Shown here: piece by piece, positions 53,485 through 62,242 of the stretch
How the letters are laid out: each line of letters starts with the position of its first letter
Position numbering within the stretch: the first letter of the stretch is position 1
NCBI GenBank assembly: GCA_042563095.1
Contig: JBHPMS010000002.1
Location: 5,551 to 69,550, forward strand
Direction of reading: 5' to 3'
Length of the DNA: 64,000 nt
Source of the DNA: Candidatus Margulisiibacteriota bacterium
GTDB taxonomy: Bacteria; Margulisbacteria; WOR-1; XYC2-FULL-46-14
Notes under the pieces: generated by a model
What the model was told of the DNA's origin: nothing
Database searches by the model: none
The model's input: only the letters and a program-made list of their open reading frames with translations
Position numbers and translations under genes: made by a program

Positions 53485-55062
53485 ATGCATTTAAGATTAG
53501 GAAAGGTTGTTAGAACAAGTGCTTTTTTTATACCTGCTGATGGGAATGGCGGGGAGTTTGGAAAGGGAGGATTAAAATCAACTAAACCTGCTCAGCTTCC
53601 CAGCGATGTAATTGTACCAATCAAATCAGAAGCCCATTCTGAGTTTGTTGACAGCCTTAGTATTACAGATGATATAACAAAATTACCAACTAAGGTCCTT
53701 CCCCTAGATATAAGAAATAACATTGCCAAAGAAGAATGTAATATTAGAAGGATAATACATCAAATAGTAACTGGATACTACTCGAATGAATCCTATTCTA
53801 CTATAAAGCACCTACTAGAATTGGGTGCCGGAAAAGATATATCAGATTTATTTGGAAGAATATCTATAACCAGAATAAACTATGGCCGTGTTGTAGGAGA
53901 TGTGGCTTTTTTACTTAACACTGCTGAGTGTGAAAAGATAATTGGGGCTGGCAAAGCAAAACTACAAAAAATGAGAGATGAATCGGAGATCAAGCTGAGA
54001 GCACAAGCAGCCAAGGTTTCCACTGCAGCGCCGTTTAAAACTAGAGTAGAAGAAATAATTCAATTCTGGCTGGATATCGGTAAACCACAAAATGTTTCAT
54101 TAATAAATAGCATTTTTAGCAATAATGATAAAGCTGCAGCAAAAAATGAGTTTATATTATTTTTAAAGAATGAAAAGATGCTCCGATTCCAAATAGAATT
54201 GGGTGCTGATCAAGAGAAATTCAATTGCTTTTCTAAACTTAATGATTTAGTAATAAGTTATGCCAGATGGATACAGGATCCAAAAAGTACCATACCCTAT
54301 ATCACAGCAACTATCGAACGAAGCCATTTCAGATGGGTACAAGGCCTTAAAAGCATCAAACCCAGTATTGAAGCTACAATTGGGCATTTTAAAGATTATT
54401 TCGATATGCTTGATAATTTGGTAGGCGAGAGCAAAAATAATTATAGTAATGAATTCGACAAAGAAGAGCTAGAACGTATTATAATTAATACCAAAATGGC
54501 CACAAAAACAATTTATCATTATTCTGCGAATGAAGACAAAGCCCGAATCGTTTCATTTCTAATGGACCACTTTTCTGCCAATTTTGGAAATAGAAAATCA
54601 GCCGACATCGCCCTGGAAATAGTGGAAGAGATCTCAAAACAAGAGCAAGCAACTGTTCTCAGCCACATTATTGACCACCTTGGTGATAGAAAGGATGACT
54701 TTGTAATTTTGCTAGCAAACATTGTAACCAGTAAAAACACAGACGTTTCTTCCCCTGCTATTACTAACATACTTGCCACAATAATTCCAATTCACCCAGA
54801 TACAGCGAAGGATTATTTGCGAATACTCTGTTCTAAGATATTTGGCCCAAATAGAATATTGGATTTTCTTGAAAACCAACACCCCCTTTTCTGGCAAAAT
54901 ATAATTGACAGATTAAAAAATGGAGACACCTGTGTTGTAGTTAAATATTTGCAAGCATTTCACACTAATTATCAAGAGCATTCAAACGAAGATAATAGTA
55001 CTACATATGCCGGTGTATTTAATCTGAATAAAAAGGATTATATAACTATAATAAGAGGTTAA
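53485..55062 (+). CDS. Hypothetical 525-aa protein (gene D), predicted all-alpha, no motifs
   Basis: ATG 1 nt after gene C's stop with an AAAGGAAG RBS. The track ORF starts upstream in another part of gene C. Confidence 0.45.
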   Translation: MHLRLGKVVRTSAFFIPADGNGGEFGKGGLKSTKPAQLPSDVIVPIKSEAHSEFVDSLSITDDITKLPTKVLPLDIRNNIAKEECNIRRIIHQIVTGYYSNESYSTIKHLLELGAGKDISDLFGRISITRINYGRVVGDVAFLLNTAECEKIIGAGKAKLQKMRDESEIKLRAQAAKVSTAAPFKTRVEEIIQFWLDIGKPQNVSLINSIFSNNDKAAAKNEFILFLKNEKMLRFQIELGADQEKFNCFSKLNDLVISYARWIQDPKSTIPYITATIERSHFRWVQGLKSIKPSIEATIGHFKDYFDMLDNLVGESKNNYSNEFDKEELERIIINTKMATKTIYHYSANEDKARIVSFLMDHFSANFGNRKSADIALEIVEEISKQEQATVLSHIIDHLGDRKDDFVILLANIVTSKNTDVSSPAITNILATIIPIHPDTAKDYLRILCSKIFGPNRILDFLENQHPLFWQNIIDRLKNGDTCVVVKYLQAFHTNYQEHSNEDNSTTYAGVFNLNKKDYITIIRG

Positions 55063-55065
55063 ACC

Positions 55066-56703
55066 ATGTCTATTCATAGAATATATAGATCACCAAGATG
55101 CAGGGATACAAGGGAACTGGTTGCTCCGCGGCATATGGAGGCAAGATTAACAAGAGATGATTTATTTAAAAGCAGTGGATTAGTGGCGGCCAGAGACGAT
55201 AATGATTTATCTGGTGGGATTGCCAACACTAACCCACTCACTCTATTATTAAGAGTTAAGAATCGTCATCTTCTAATAAATGATATTTTAGTTTATAGCG
55301 GCGATGAGAGTTTTTGCAATGTCACAAACATGGTGTTGCAAGAATTAAAAGAAAGGCATAATTTTGGTTATAAATTTAAAGTTGTAAATGATAGCATAAG
55401 TGCGCTTGATTACCTCAAAAAACCAACAGGTGACAGGCCGGACCTGATTATCTGCGGCGATGATGAGTTGGGATCTATTTCTTATTGTCTGGGGCCACCT
55501 ACTCAAAGGCCCTGCATCATCTGTTGCGTTGATGATTTAATGAATGTTTCATCGCAGAAAAGTAATGAATTACAAAATGAGGGAGTTGTATTGCCGATTA
55601 ACCAAGACCATCTGCCTTTATATATTGTCAATGCATTTAGACAGCAATACCATGCTGGACCAGAAAATTCAGCAACTCAAACGTTAGATAATCCTGGTTT
55701 TGATGTTACTGTTGATACACCTATAAACGGGAAGCCAGAATCCCTTGTTGATATGAGAACCGGAAAATTTAGAAATATCCTGGTAATAAGTAGAGACATC
55801 CCACTAATAGAATCAATTAGAAGCAACTTGAGGTCCACCCGGCCTCGCATTCAATCCACACAAAATAATAGGATTCCTTTGATCGACCAGGCAGCTGCTG
55901 CTCTTTTTCTTGATGAGCCTGACCTGGTATTAGTTGATTTACAAAATCCAGATGCGATTGACATAATCGAAAAACTAAGGTCAATAGAGAATCTTTTTAT
56001 AAAAAGCCAACGCAAATTTTGGCTGGGTGGCATTAGCAAAACAGGGCTGAGTCAAGAGGCAAAGGTAAATCTATCGCAATTAAGTGATTCAATAAATTTT
56101 ATTTATGAGGAACCCCGGTTTGGCTCGGATCTTTTTCGCACCCTTACCGAATCAGATAGTTTATTTAAAAGATCAACCAGCAAGGAATTGGCCGCCATTG
56201 GAACAAACCAGGTTTTGATCAGTGAATCTTATCATAAACCGGAACGCCCAGAAAAAGTTAGAAATATTTTAATGGTTACTAATATTTATGATCAACATTC
56301 AATCTCGCATATAAAAAATATCTTTAACAAGCTAAAAAAAGAATTTGTAATTAACTCATTATTTAATGTTGACTCACAAATCATTCTAGGTAAAGAACAA
56401 AAAATGATTGAATTAAGCACTACCGGTCAGTCTGATTCTGCAGTCAATATTTACACGGTATATTTAAAACAATTTAAGGACTTTGCTTTGGCCAGAATCC
56501 ATAGATATATTACTGCATATGTGAGGGGTCTTGAAATTGATATGATATTTATGCAGGATAAGACTTTTGCTGAATTACTTAGAAAAAAGGAAAATTATCG
56601 GGGCTATATTATTGATACCTCTAATGAAGTCCAGAATGCTGATTTTGACTGTGCAATAACATCAAATCCAGCTTTATTTCTAAAAGTTTTATTTATAGCC
56701 TAA
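55066..56703 (+). CDS. Protein with two degenerate REC-like domains plus an unknown 200-aa C-terminal domain (gene E)
   Basis: REC-like 1 is HLLINDILVY...RPDLIICGDDELGS. REC-like 2 is NILVISRDIP...PDLVLVDLQNPDAIDIIEKLRSIE. It has no HK, Hpt or DNA-binding motif. Confidence 0.45.
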   Translation: MSIHRIYRSPRCRDTRELVAPRHMEARLTRDDLFKSSGLVAARDDNDLSGGIANTNPLTLLLRVKNRHLLINDILVYSGDESFCNVTNMVLQELKERHNFGYKFKVVNDSISALDYLKKPTGDRPDLIICGDDELGSISYCLGPPTQRPCIICCVDDLMNVSSQKSNELQNEGVVLPINQDHLPLYIVNAFRQQYHAGPENSATQTLDNPGFDVTVDTPINGKPESLVDMRTGKFRNILVISRDIPLIESIRSNLRSTRPRIQSTQNNRIPLIDQAAAALFLDEPDLVLVDLQNPDAIDIIEKLRSIENLFIKSQRKFWLGGISKTGLSQEAKVNLSQLSDSINFIYEEPRFGSDLFRTLTESDSLFKRSTSKELAAIGTNQVLISESYHKPERPEKVRNILMVTNIYDQHSISHIKNIFNKLKKEFVINSLFNVDSQIILGKEQKMIELSTTGQSDSAVNIYTVYLKQFKDFALARIHRYITAYVRGLEIDMIFMQDKTFAELLRKKENYRGYIIDTSNEVQNADFDCAITSNPALFLKVLFIA

Positions 56704-56727
56704 AAACTCACCGCAACTTCGTAAAAT
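56699..56727. repeat. Left 29-bp direct repeat flanking the AbiE cassette (relic of the OMP 3' end, encoding FYEVAVSF*)
   Basis: CCTAAAAACTCACCGCAACTTCGTAAAAT versus CCTAAAAACTCAACGCCACCTCGTAGAAT at 58057..58085 (25/29 identical). Confidence 0.75.
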
Positions 56728-56729
56728 AA

Positions 56730-57431
56730 TTATTCGCTATCCCTCATCAATTTGAGCAGAAAAATCGTCTCATCTAAAAGCTTTTGCTTAACCCAGACTT
56801 TCTGCTTTTTATCTAACAGCTCACCAATACCGGATAAAATATTACGGCTGCTCATTTTGGAGAGTAGGTCAATGCATTCTTCAAGAAACTTTTTAAAAGT
56901 CTTTTTTACACGTTGTTCTACCAGTTCTTTGTTAATCGGCCAATTGTTATTGAAGAAAAACCAGACATCATAAATATCGCGGTTGGTCCTTCCAATCCTC
57001 TCATACATCGCAACCAATTTCTGAGCCGCCATATCCGGTTTGACCATTACCTTCATCGAAATACCAAGATAGGCCTTAACTTCATAACTTGATCCAAAGG
57101 CTCTGCGGTTTATCTCAACTTTAATATTCTGCGCGCCTTTTTCTTTATCTTTATAAGAGAGCAGAAAAAAAAGATTAAACCTTTTCTTTTCTGCTTTTTT
57201 TACGGAGCCGTAGCTTTCCAAAATCTTTCTGATCCGCTCAAAGATAACCTGCTCCCTACCCTTATCCAGCAGATCAAAATCAAGATCGACCGAAAAGCGG
57301 CTGAGATTATAAAAAAGATATGCAGCTGTGCCTCCCTTAAAACCCAAAAGCGGACCAACTGTTGTGTCAGTAAAAATATCTTTTAGGATCCTGATCAGAA
57401 GATTTTTATGCTTTGATATATCAAGTGACAT
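56730..57431 (-). CDS. abiEii: Nucleotidyltransferase toxin AbiEii (DUF1814)
   Basis: LLGFKGGTAAYLFYNLSRFSVDLDFD, a polymerase-beta-like NTase motif. Confidence 0.8.
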   Translation of the reverse strand: MSLDISKHKNLLIRILKDIFTDTTVGPLLGFKGGTAAYLFYNLSRFSVDLDFDLLDKGREQVIFERIRKILESYGSVKKAEKKRFNLFFLLSYKDKEKGAQNIKVEINRRAFGSSYEVKAYLGISMKVMVKPDMAAQKLVAMYERIGRTNRDIYDVWFFFNNNWPINKELVEQRVKKTFKKFLEECIDLLSKMSSRNILSGIGELLDKKQKVWVKQKLLDETIFLLKLMRDSE

Positions 57432-57996
57432 TTTTTTGATACCTACTAACTATTTGAGCCATACGTTTGTTGCCATCGTAGGTCGGCAGAATTTCTTGTA
57501 CCCGCTCCCAATTTATAGCTGAAAGATTATCAAAGTGATAATCCTGATTCAAATAAAGTAGATCCAAAAACGCCCTCTCCGAAGACGCAATGCTGTAGTT
57601 ATCCATTATCTTGATGCCAGCACTATTTGTTAATATCGGAGCTTTAACCGTCTTATAGTTGTAAGTCTGTCCGTCACAAACAATGTCCTTAGACTGATAT
57701 GAAGCCACAAATATTTGGCTGTAATATTGGAAAATAATGCCGGCCTTTGTTAAAACAGTCTCAAAACTTATATATGATGGTGTATATATTTTGGTGGCAA
57801 GCTCGAATTTATCATATTTTTTATCTTTTGCATACAATCCCCGCCGAATAGAATAAAGACCACCGTGTTTTGTGTAGTAATTTGCTCTGGCCTTTGCTGT
57901 TTTTTTATCGATATTCCCCCAAAGTAAAATGAGGTCCTTAAAAGAAAAAACAGTTTTATCTGACCTTAATAATTGGTTTAAAAATCCTCTTTCCAT
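57421..57996 (-). CDS. abiEi: AbiEi-like antitoxin/transcriptional regulator
   Basis: 191 aa, immediately upstream of and overlapping AbiEii. The size and arrangement are typical of type IV AbiE. Confidence 0.65.
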   Translation of the reverse strand: MERGFLNQLLRSDKTVFSFKDLILLWGNIDKKTAKARANYYTKHGGLYSIRRGLYAKDKKYDKFELATKIYTPSYISFETVLTKAGIIFQYYSQIFVASYQSKDIVCDGQTYNYKTVKAPILTNSAGIKIMDNYSIASSERAFLDLLYLNQDYHFDNLSAINWERVQEILPTYDGNKRMAQIVSRYQKNVT

Positions 57997-58002
57997 GATT
58001 TA

Positions 58003-58039
58003 AGAGTCAAAGGTAAGGAATATTCTTACCTTTGGCTCT
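58003..58039. promoter_or_regulatory. Inverted repeat AGAGTCAAAGGTAAGG-AATATT-CCTTACCTTTGGCTCT directly upstream of abiEi (candidate operator and bidirectional terminator)
   Basis: 14-15 bp arms with one mismatch. AbiEi-family antitoxins bind inverted repeats in their own promoter. Confidence 0.45.
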
Positions 58040-58056
58040 TATTATACCATATTAAC

Positions 58057-58085
58057 CCTAAAAACTCAACGCCACCTCGTAGAAT
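58057..58085. repeat. Right 29-bp direct repeat (authentic OMP 3' end)
   Basis: See 56699..56727. Confidence 0.75.
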
Positions 58086-59212
58086 TGAGTCTCCTCCACC
58101 TGCCCCGTAGCCGGATTATAAGCTTTGCGATAATGCGTAATTACTTTTGTAAACGGATTGACGTAATAACCGATCTTGGCACCCATCACCGCCCCATTTT
58201 CTAAGGTTAAAGAATTAAAATCAACAAAGTTTGGCTGCTGATAATAAGCGGACACTTCGATATCTTCTCTTAAATACGATTCAGCCAGTGCTGCAATTGC
58301 ACCATTGCCCCCATTATAGTTTTCATAAGAAATGTCTAAGTTCAATACTTTTGGCAGCTTTGCTTTAAAATCAGCAAAATAACCATCACGGCGAATACCC
58401 TGGGCGGCAACTGAACTTATGTCGGTCGGATTGATCTCATATTCCTCATTAAAATAACCAGGAACAAAATTCCCTCCCACAAAACGGTATCCAGTATCAA
58501 ATGCAGCAACAAAGCCGAGCATTTGGGTTGACCAATCAATACCAACTGAAGCTGCTTTCCCGTGATTATTTAACTGAGCCGCCTCAGCATAACCTTCAAA
58601 CCCAAAAGGAAATGGGACCGTAGCATCAACTGCAATTCCTCCCTGTGGAGCGAAACTTCTGATTGTACCATCCGATTGTCTAACTTGTACACCATCCTCA
58701 TCAGTTACAAATGATTGACCTAAAATTAACATCGGATGGACTCTTTGCGTTAGACGGATTGCATAAACATGTGACCAGGTGTTCATAGCATGAAATCCGA
58801 AAATATTGTGGTTATAATAGCCTTTTAATCCCATCTGGTCATTATAACTAAGGCCAGGTAATGCAACTCGAGTAGCATAATTTTTCATCAACAAACCGTG
58901 CCCCAGAGTAATCCGATCCAGTATTCCATAACGCAAACCTTTCTGCCCATCATCATATTCGGCATAACGGAATACAACCGATTCATAATCTGCTGGGCGG
59001 ACATTTCCAAGCGGAACATTAACATCCAATCCTAAACCCAACGGACCAAGCTTGAGGTCCGGCCGCCATGACAAACTGCCTACCTCAACTGTTCCAGCTT
59101 TTACATACCCTGCACTAACGGTATTAGAAACTTTGTCAAACATACCAGCTTCGGCTGAAAATGACCAAGATGCAAGAAACAAGATACAAATAATTACCAA
59201 TATATTTTTCAT
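58058..59212 (-). CDS. Outer-membrane beta-barrel protein (porin-like), signal peptide and C-terminal Phe
   Basis: MKNILVIICILFLASWSFSAEA signal peptide, alternating amphipathic strands, and the protein ends ...YEVALSF. Confidence 0.55.
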   Translation of the reverse strand: MKNILVIICILFLASWSFSAEAGMFDKVSNTVSAGYVKAGTVEVGSLSWRPDLKLGPLGLGLDVNVPLGNVRPADYESVVFRYAEYDDGQKGLRYGILDRITLGHGLLMKNYATRVALPGLSYNDQMGLKGYYNHNIFGFHAMNTWSHVYAIRLTQRVHPMLILGQSFVTDEDGVQVRQSDGTIRSFAPQGGIAVDATVPFPFGFEGYAEAAQLNNHGKAASVGIDWSTQMLGFVAAFDTGYRFVGGNFVPGYFNEEYEINPTDISSVAAQGIRRDGYFADFKAKLPKVLNLDISYENYNGGNGAIAALAESYLREDIEVSAYYQQPNFVDFNSLTLENGAVMGAKIGYYVNPFTKVITHYRKAYNPATGQVEETQFYEVALSF

Positions 59213-59225
59213 ATTATATGCCTCC

Positions 59226-60797
59226 TTAATGCTTAAAATGCCGACGGCCAGTAAAGACCATTGCTATTCCAGCTTCATTAGCCGCATCAATTGAAGCCTG
59301 GTCGCGCTTTGATCCACCTGGTTGAATTATAGCAGAAATTCCATGCTTTGCAGCAAATTCTACAACATCAGGGAATGGGAAAAAGGCATCTGAAGCCAAT
59401 ACAGCCCCTTTTACTTTTTCTGATCCACCCGCTTTTTTAACCGCTATATGGCAAGCATCAATTCTGCTCATCTGCCCTGCCCCAACTCCTATTGTGGCAC
59501 CATTTTTGACCAGGATAATCGCGTTTGATTTAACGTTTTTACAAACTCCCCAGGCAAAAAAGAGATCTTCCATCTCACCTAAACTGGCTTCTTGGTTCGT
59601 AACCGGCTTAACTTCGTTGATGCCCAATTGAGCAGTATCTGCTTCCTGTACCAGGAATCCACCAGAAACTTTTTTGTAATCATATTCATTCTGTTTCGGC
59701 ATTGCTCCGACTTCCATTATTCTTATGTTTTTTTTCTGGGTTAAGGTTTTTAAAGCTGCTTTGTCAAATCCTGGTGCGATGACCACCTCAACAAAGAGCT
59801 TTGCAATTTCACCTGCTGTAGCACTATCAATTTTTCTGTTCGAAGCTACAATACTGCCAAAAGCAGAAACCGGATCAGAAGCATAAGCTCTCTTATATGC
59901 CTCAACCAATGAATCTGCCTGCGCACATCCGCACGGATTAGTATGCTTAATTATTGCAATGCACGGATTGGCAAAATAATTGGCACATGACCAGGCCGCG
60001 TCCATATCAACTATATTATTAAAAGATAACTCTTTTCCATGCAGCTGCTTTGCTTTGGTCAATCCATATTTAACTTTTGCATCTTTATAGAATGCCGCCT
60101 TCTGGTGTGGATTTTCGCCGTAGCGCAATTCCTGGATCTTTTCAAGAGAAATATTTATTGCATTTGGAAAAGCTCCATCCCCGGCCATCTCACGCCCCAG
60201 ATAAGAACAGATTGCCGAATCGTAACTCTGGGTATGTTTAAATGCTTTCAGTGCCAAATCTTTGCGCATTTGTTCTGATATTGCACCTTTGTGCAACTTT
60301 AACTCGGCTAAGATTTTTGGATAATCATCCGGATCAACCACAATTGCAACATCTTTATGGTTTTTCGCTGCAGCTCTGACCATGGCCGGTCCACCGATAT
60401 CAATTTTTTCAATTGCATCAGCGTAAGTACAATCTGGCATTGCAACTGTTTCCTCAAAGGGATACAGATTACAAACAACAATGTCAATTGGTTTTATTCT
60501 AAACTTTTTAAGATCTTGCTGATGTTCATCCAAACTGCGGTTTGCCAAAATCCCACCATGAATAATTGGATGGAGCGTTTTTACTCTTCCTCCAAGCATG
60601 TGGGGGTACTTGGTTAGTTGAGAGACTTCCTTTACTTTTAAGCGTGCTTTTTTCAAAACCTTCGCTGTTCCACCTGAAGAAACGATATCGTAACCATATT
60701 TCTTTAGACCTTTTACGAGTCGCAGAAGACCTCTTTTGTCATAAACCGAAATCAGGGCTAGTTTATTTGTTTTAGCCTGTTTTTTTCTTTTCTTCAT
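59226..60797 (-). CDS. purH: Bifunctional AICAR formyltransferase/IMP cyclohydrolase
   Basis: 523 aa. ALISVYDK, GGTAK, the MGS-like and AICARFT domains. Confidence 0.95.
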   Translation of the reverse strand: MKKRKKQAKTNKLALISVYDKRGLLRLVKGLKKYGYDIVSSGGTAKVLKKARLKVKEVSQLTKYPHMLGGRVKTLHPIIHGGILANRSLDEHQQDLKKFRIKPIDIVVCNLYPFEETVAMPDCTYADAIEKIDIGGPAMVRAAAKNHKDVAIVVDPDDYPKILAELKLHKGAISEQMRKDLALKAFKHTQSYDSAICSYLGREMAGDGAFPNAINISLEKIQELRYGENPHQKAAFYKDAKVKYGLTKAKQLHGKELSFNNIVDMDAAWSCANYFANPCIAIIKHTNPCGCAQADSLVEAYKRAYASDPVSAFGSIVASNRKIDSATAGEIAKLFVEVVIAPGFDKAALKTLTQKKNIRIMEVGAMPKQNEYDYKKVSGGFLVQEADTAQLGINEVKPVTNQEASLGEMEDLFFAWGVCKNVKSNAIILVKNGATIGVGAGQMSRIDACHIAVKKAGGSEKVKGAVLASDAFFPFPDVVEFAAKHGISAIIQPGGSKRDQASIDAANEAGIAMVFTGRRHFKH

Positions 60798-61369
60798 GAA
60801 ATTATTACCCTCCTTCCTTTTATTTTCAATTTGTCTTCACAAAATAGTTTTATTGCTGCAGGATAAGCTTTGTGTTCTTGTTCAAGTATACGAGCTGAAA
60901 GGATTTCTTCGGTATCATCATCTTTGACTTCAACCGTTCTTTGCAAGATGATCGGCCCGGTGTCACACCCTTCATCGACAAAGTGGACCGTTACCCCTGA
61001 AACTTTAACACCATAATCAATTGCCTGCTTCTGCCCGTGCAACCCTGGAAATGATGGTAAGAGTGCCGGGTGTATGTTTATTATTTTGTTTTTGTAAGCT
61101 TCAAGAATAGTTTTTCCTACAATTCTCATATAGCCAGCTAAACAGACCAAATCTGCTTTTTTCTCATTTAAAACTTTAACAATCCCTTTCTCATCACTAA
61201 CAACTCTGGTATCAATATTATGTTTTTTTGCCCGCTCCAGCCCATAAGCATCCGGTTTGTTAGAAATTACAACTTCTACTTTAGCTGGAATTTCCCCTCT
61301 CGCACAAGCATCAATAATTGCCTGCAAATTCGAACCGCGTCCTGAGATTAATACGCCCAGTTTTTTCAT
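60794..61369 (-). CDS. purN: Phosphoribosylglycinamide formyltransferase
   Basis: LISGRGSNL, and INIHPALLPSFPG. Confidence 0.9.
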   Translation of the reverse strand: MKKLGVLISGRGSNLQAIIDACARGEIPAKVEVVISNKPDAYGLERAKKHNIDTRVVSDEKGIVKVLNEKKADLVCLAGYMRIVGKTILEAYKNKIINIHPALLPSFPGLHGQKQAIDYGVKVSGVTVHFVDEGCDTGPIILQRTVEVKDDDTEEILSARILEQEHKAYPAAIKLFCEDKLKIKGRRVIIS

Positions 61370-61381
61370 TTATTTCCTCTT

Positions 61382-61457
61382 TTGGAAGCCTGAGACTAAA
61401 CGTCTCGGCTTCCAATCCAACATCAAATGGAAACCGCGACGTTCAGTCGCTGGTTTC
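61382..61457. other. Two consecutive near-perfect stem-loops in the 97-nt MT-purN spacer
   Basis: TGGAAGCCTGAGAC-TAAAC-GTCTCGGCTTCCA (61382-61413) and GGAAACCGCGAC-GTTCA-GTCGCTGGTTTCC (61428-61457). The second hairpin abuts the purN RBS. Confidence 0.5.
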
Positions 61458-61466
61458 CTGACTCAT

Positions 61467-62123
61467 TTACTTCCTCGCAATAATCAACATCTGTTTACCC
61501 AGCAGCTTCCACAACAATGGGAAGCTAAGGTACAACTTCAACAATTCAGTTGATTTAGGCACAGAGCTCTTGGTTGTATACGGTAAAAAGCGGTCGATCA
61601 CTTTTTCTAGCTTAAAACCGACTGACATTAAAGCCTCAGAAACACTTTTATGGCTGAGCGGGATAAAATGATCAAAAAAATCCCAATATTCTTTAAACGC
61701 ATATTTGATATTAGGTTGGATAATAATGACTTTCCCCTTATCTTTTATTTTCTGGTAAGCAAAGTTCAATGTTTTATAGATCTCTTCAACGTTCTTTAAA
61801 TGCTCCAAAAAATTACTCATAAACACCACGTCAACCGAATTATTATTAAATTTTTCTATTTCAGATGACGTTGAGTTTATAAACTCAACGCTACCATTTG
61901 CATATTTCTGGCATTCGTCATTAAGGTCAACCGCAATCTTTTTTTTTGCCTCAATATTATTAATAAAATTACACTGCCCGGCCCCAATGTCAACTACGGT
62001 TGAACCAGGGTCAATATGCTGTTGCAGATATTCTTTACATAAAACCTTCCAGAGCTTATCTTTTGCTTCAACCTCACTCTCTGAAAAGCGGTTTGAATAT
62101 AGTTTTTTGTACTCTGGTTCCAT
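61467..62123 (-). CDS. Class I SAM-dependent methyltransferase embedded in the pur operon
   Basis: VVDIGAGQCNF motif I, and DVVFMSNFLEHL. Confidence 0.7.
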   Translation of the reverse strand: MEPEYKKLYSNRFSESEVEAKDKLWKVLCKEYLQQHIDPGSTVVDIGAGQCNFINNIEAKKKIAVDLNDECQKYANGSVEFINSTSSEIEKFNNNSVDVVFMSNFLEHLKNVEEIYKTLNFAYQKIKDKGKVIIIQPNIKYAFKEYWDFFDHFIPLSHKSVSEALMSVGFKLEKVIDRFLPYTTKSSVPKSTELLKLYLSFPLLWKLLGKQMLIIARK

Positions 62124-62242
62124 GTTCTCAATATAAAAGAGAAAAGCACAAAGCTAAAAACCACAGATTAAAACCTAAAGACAAATTATTAACTTCATTT
62201 TTTAGTTTTTCGTTGTCGCTTTTAGCTTTTATTTTTTCTTTT

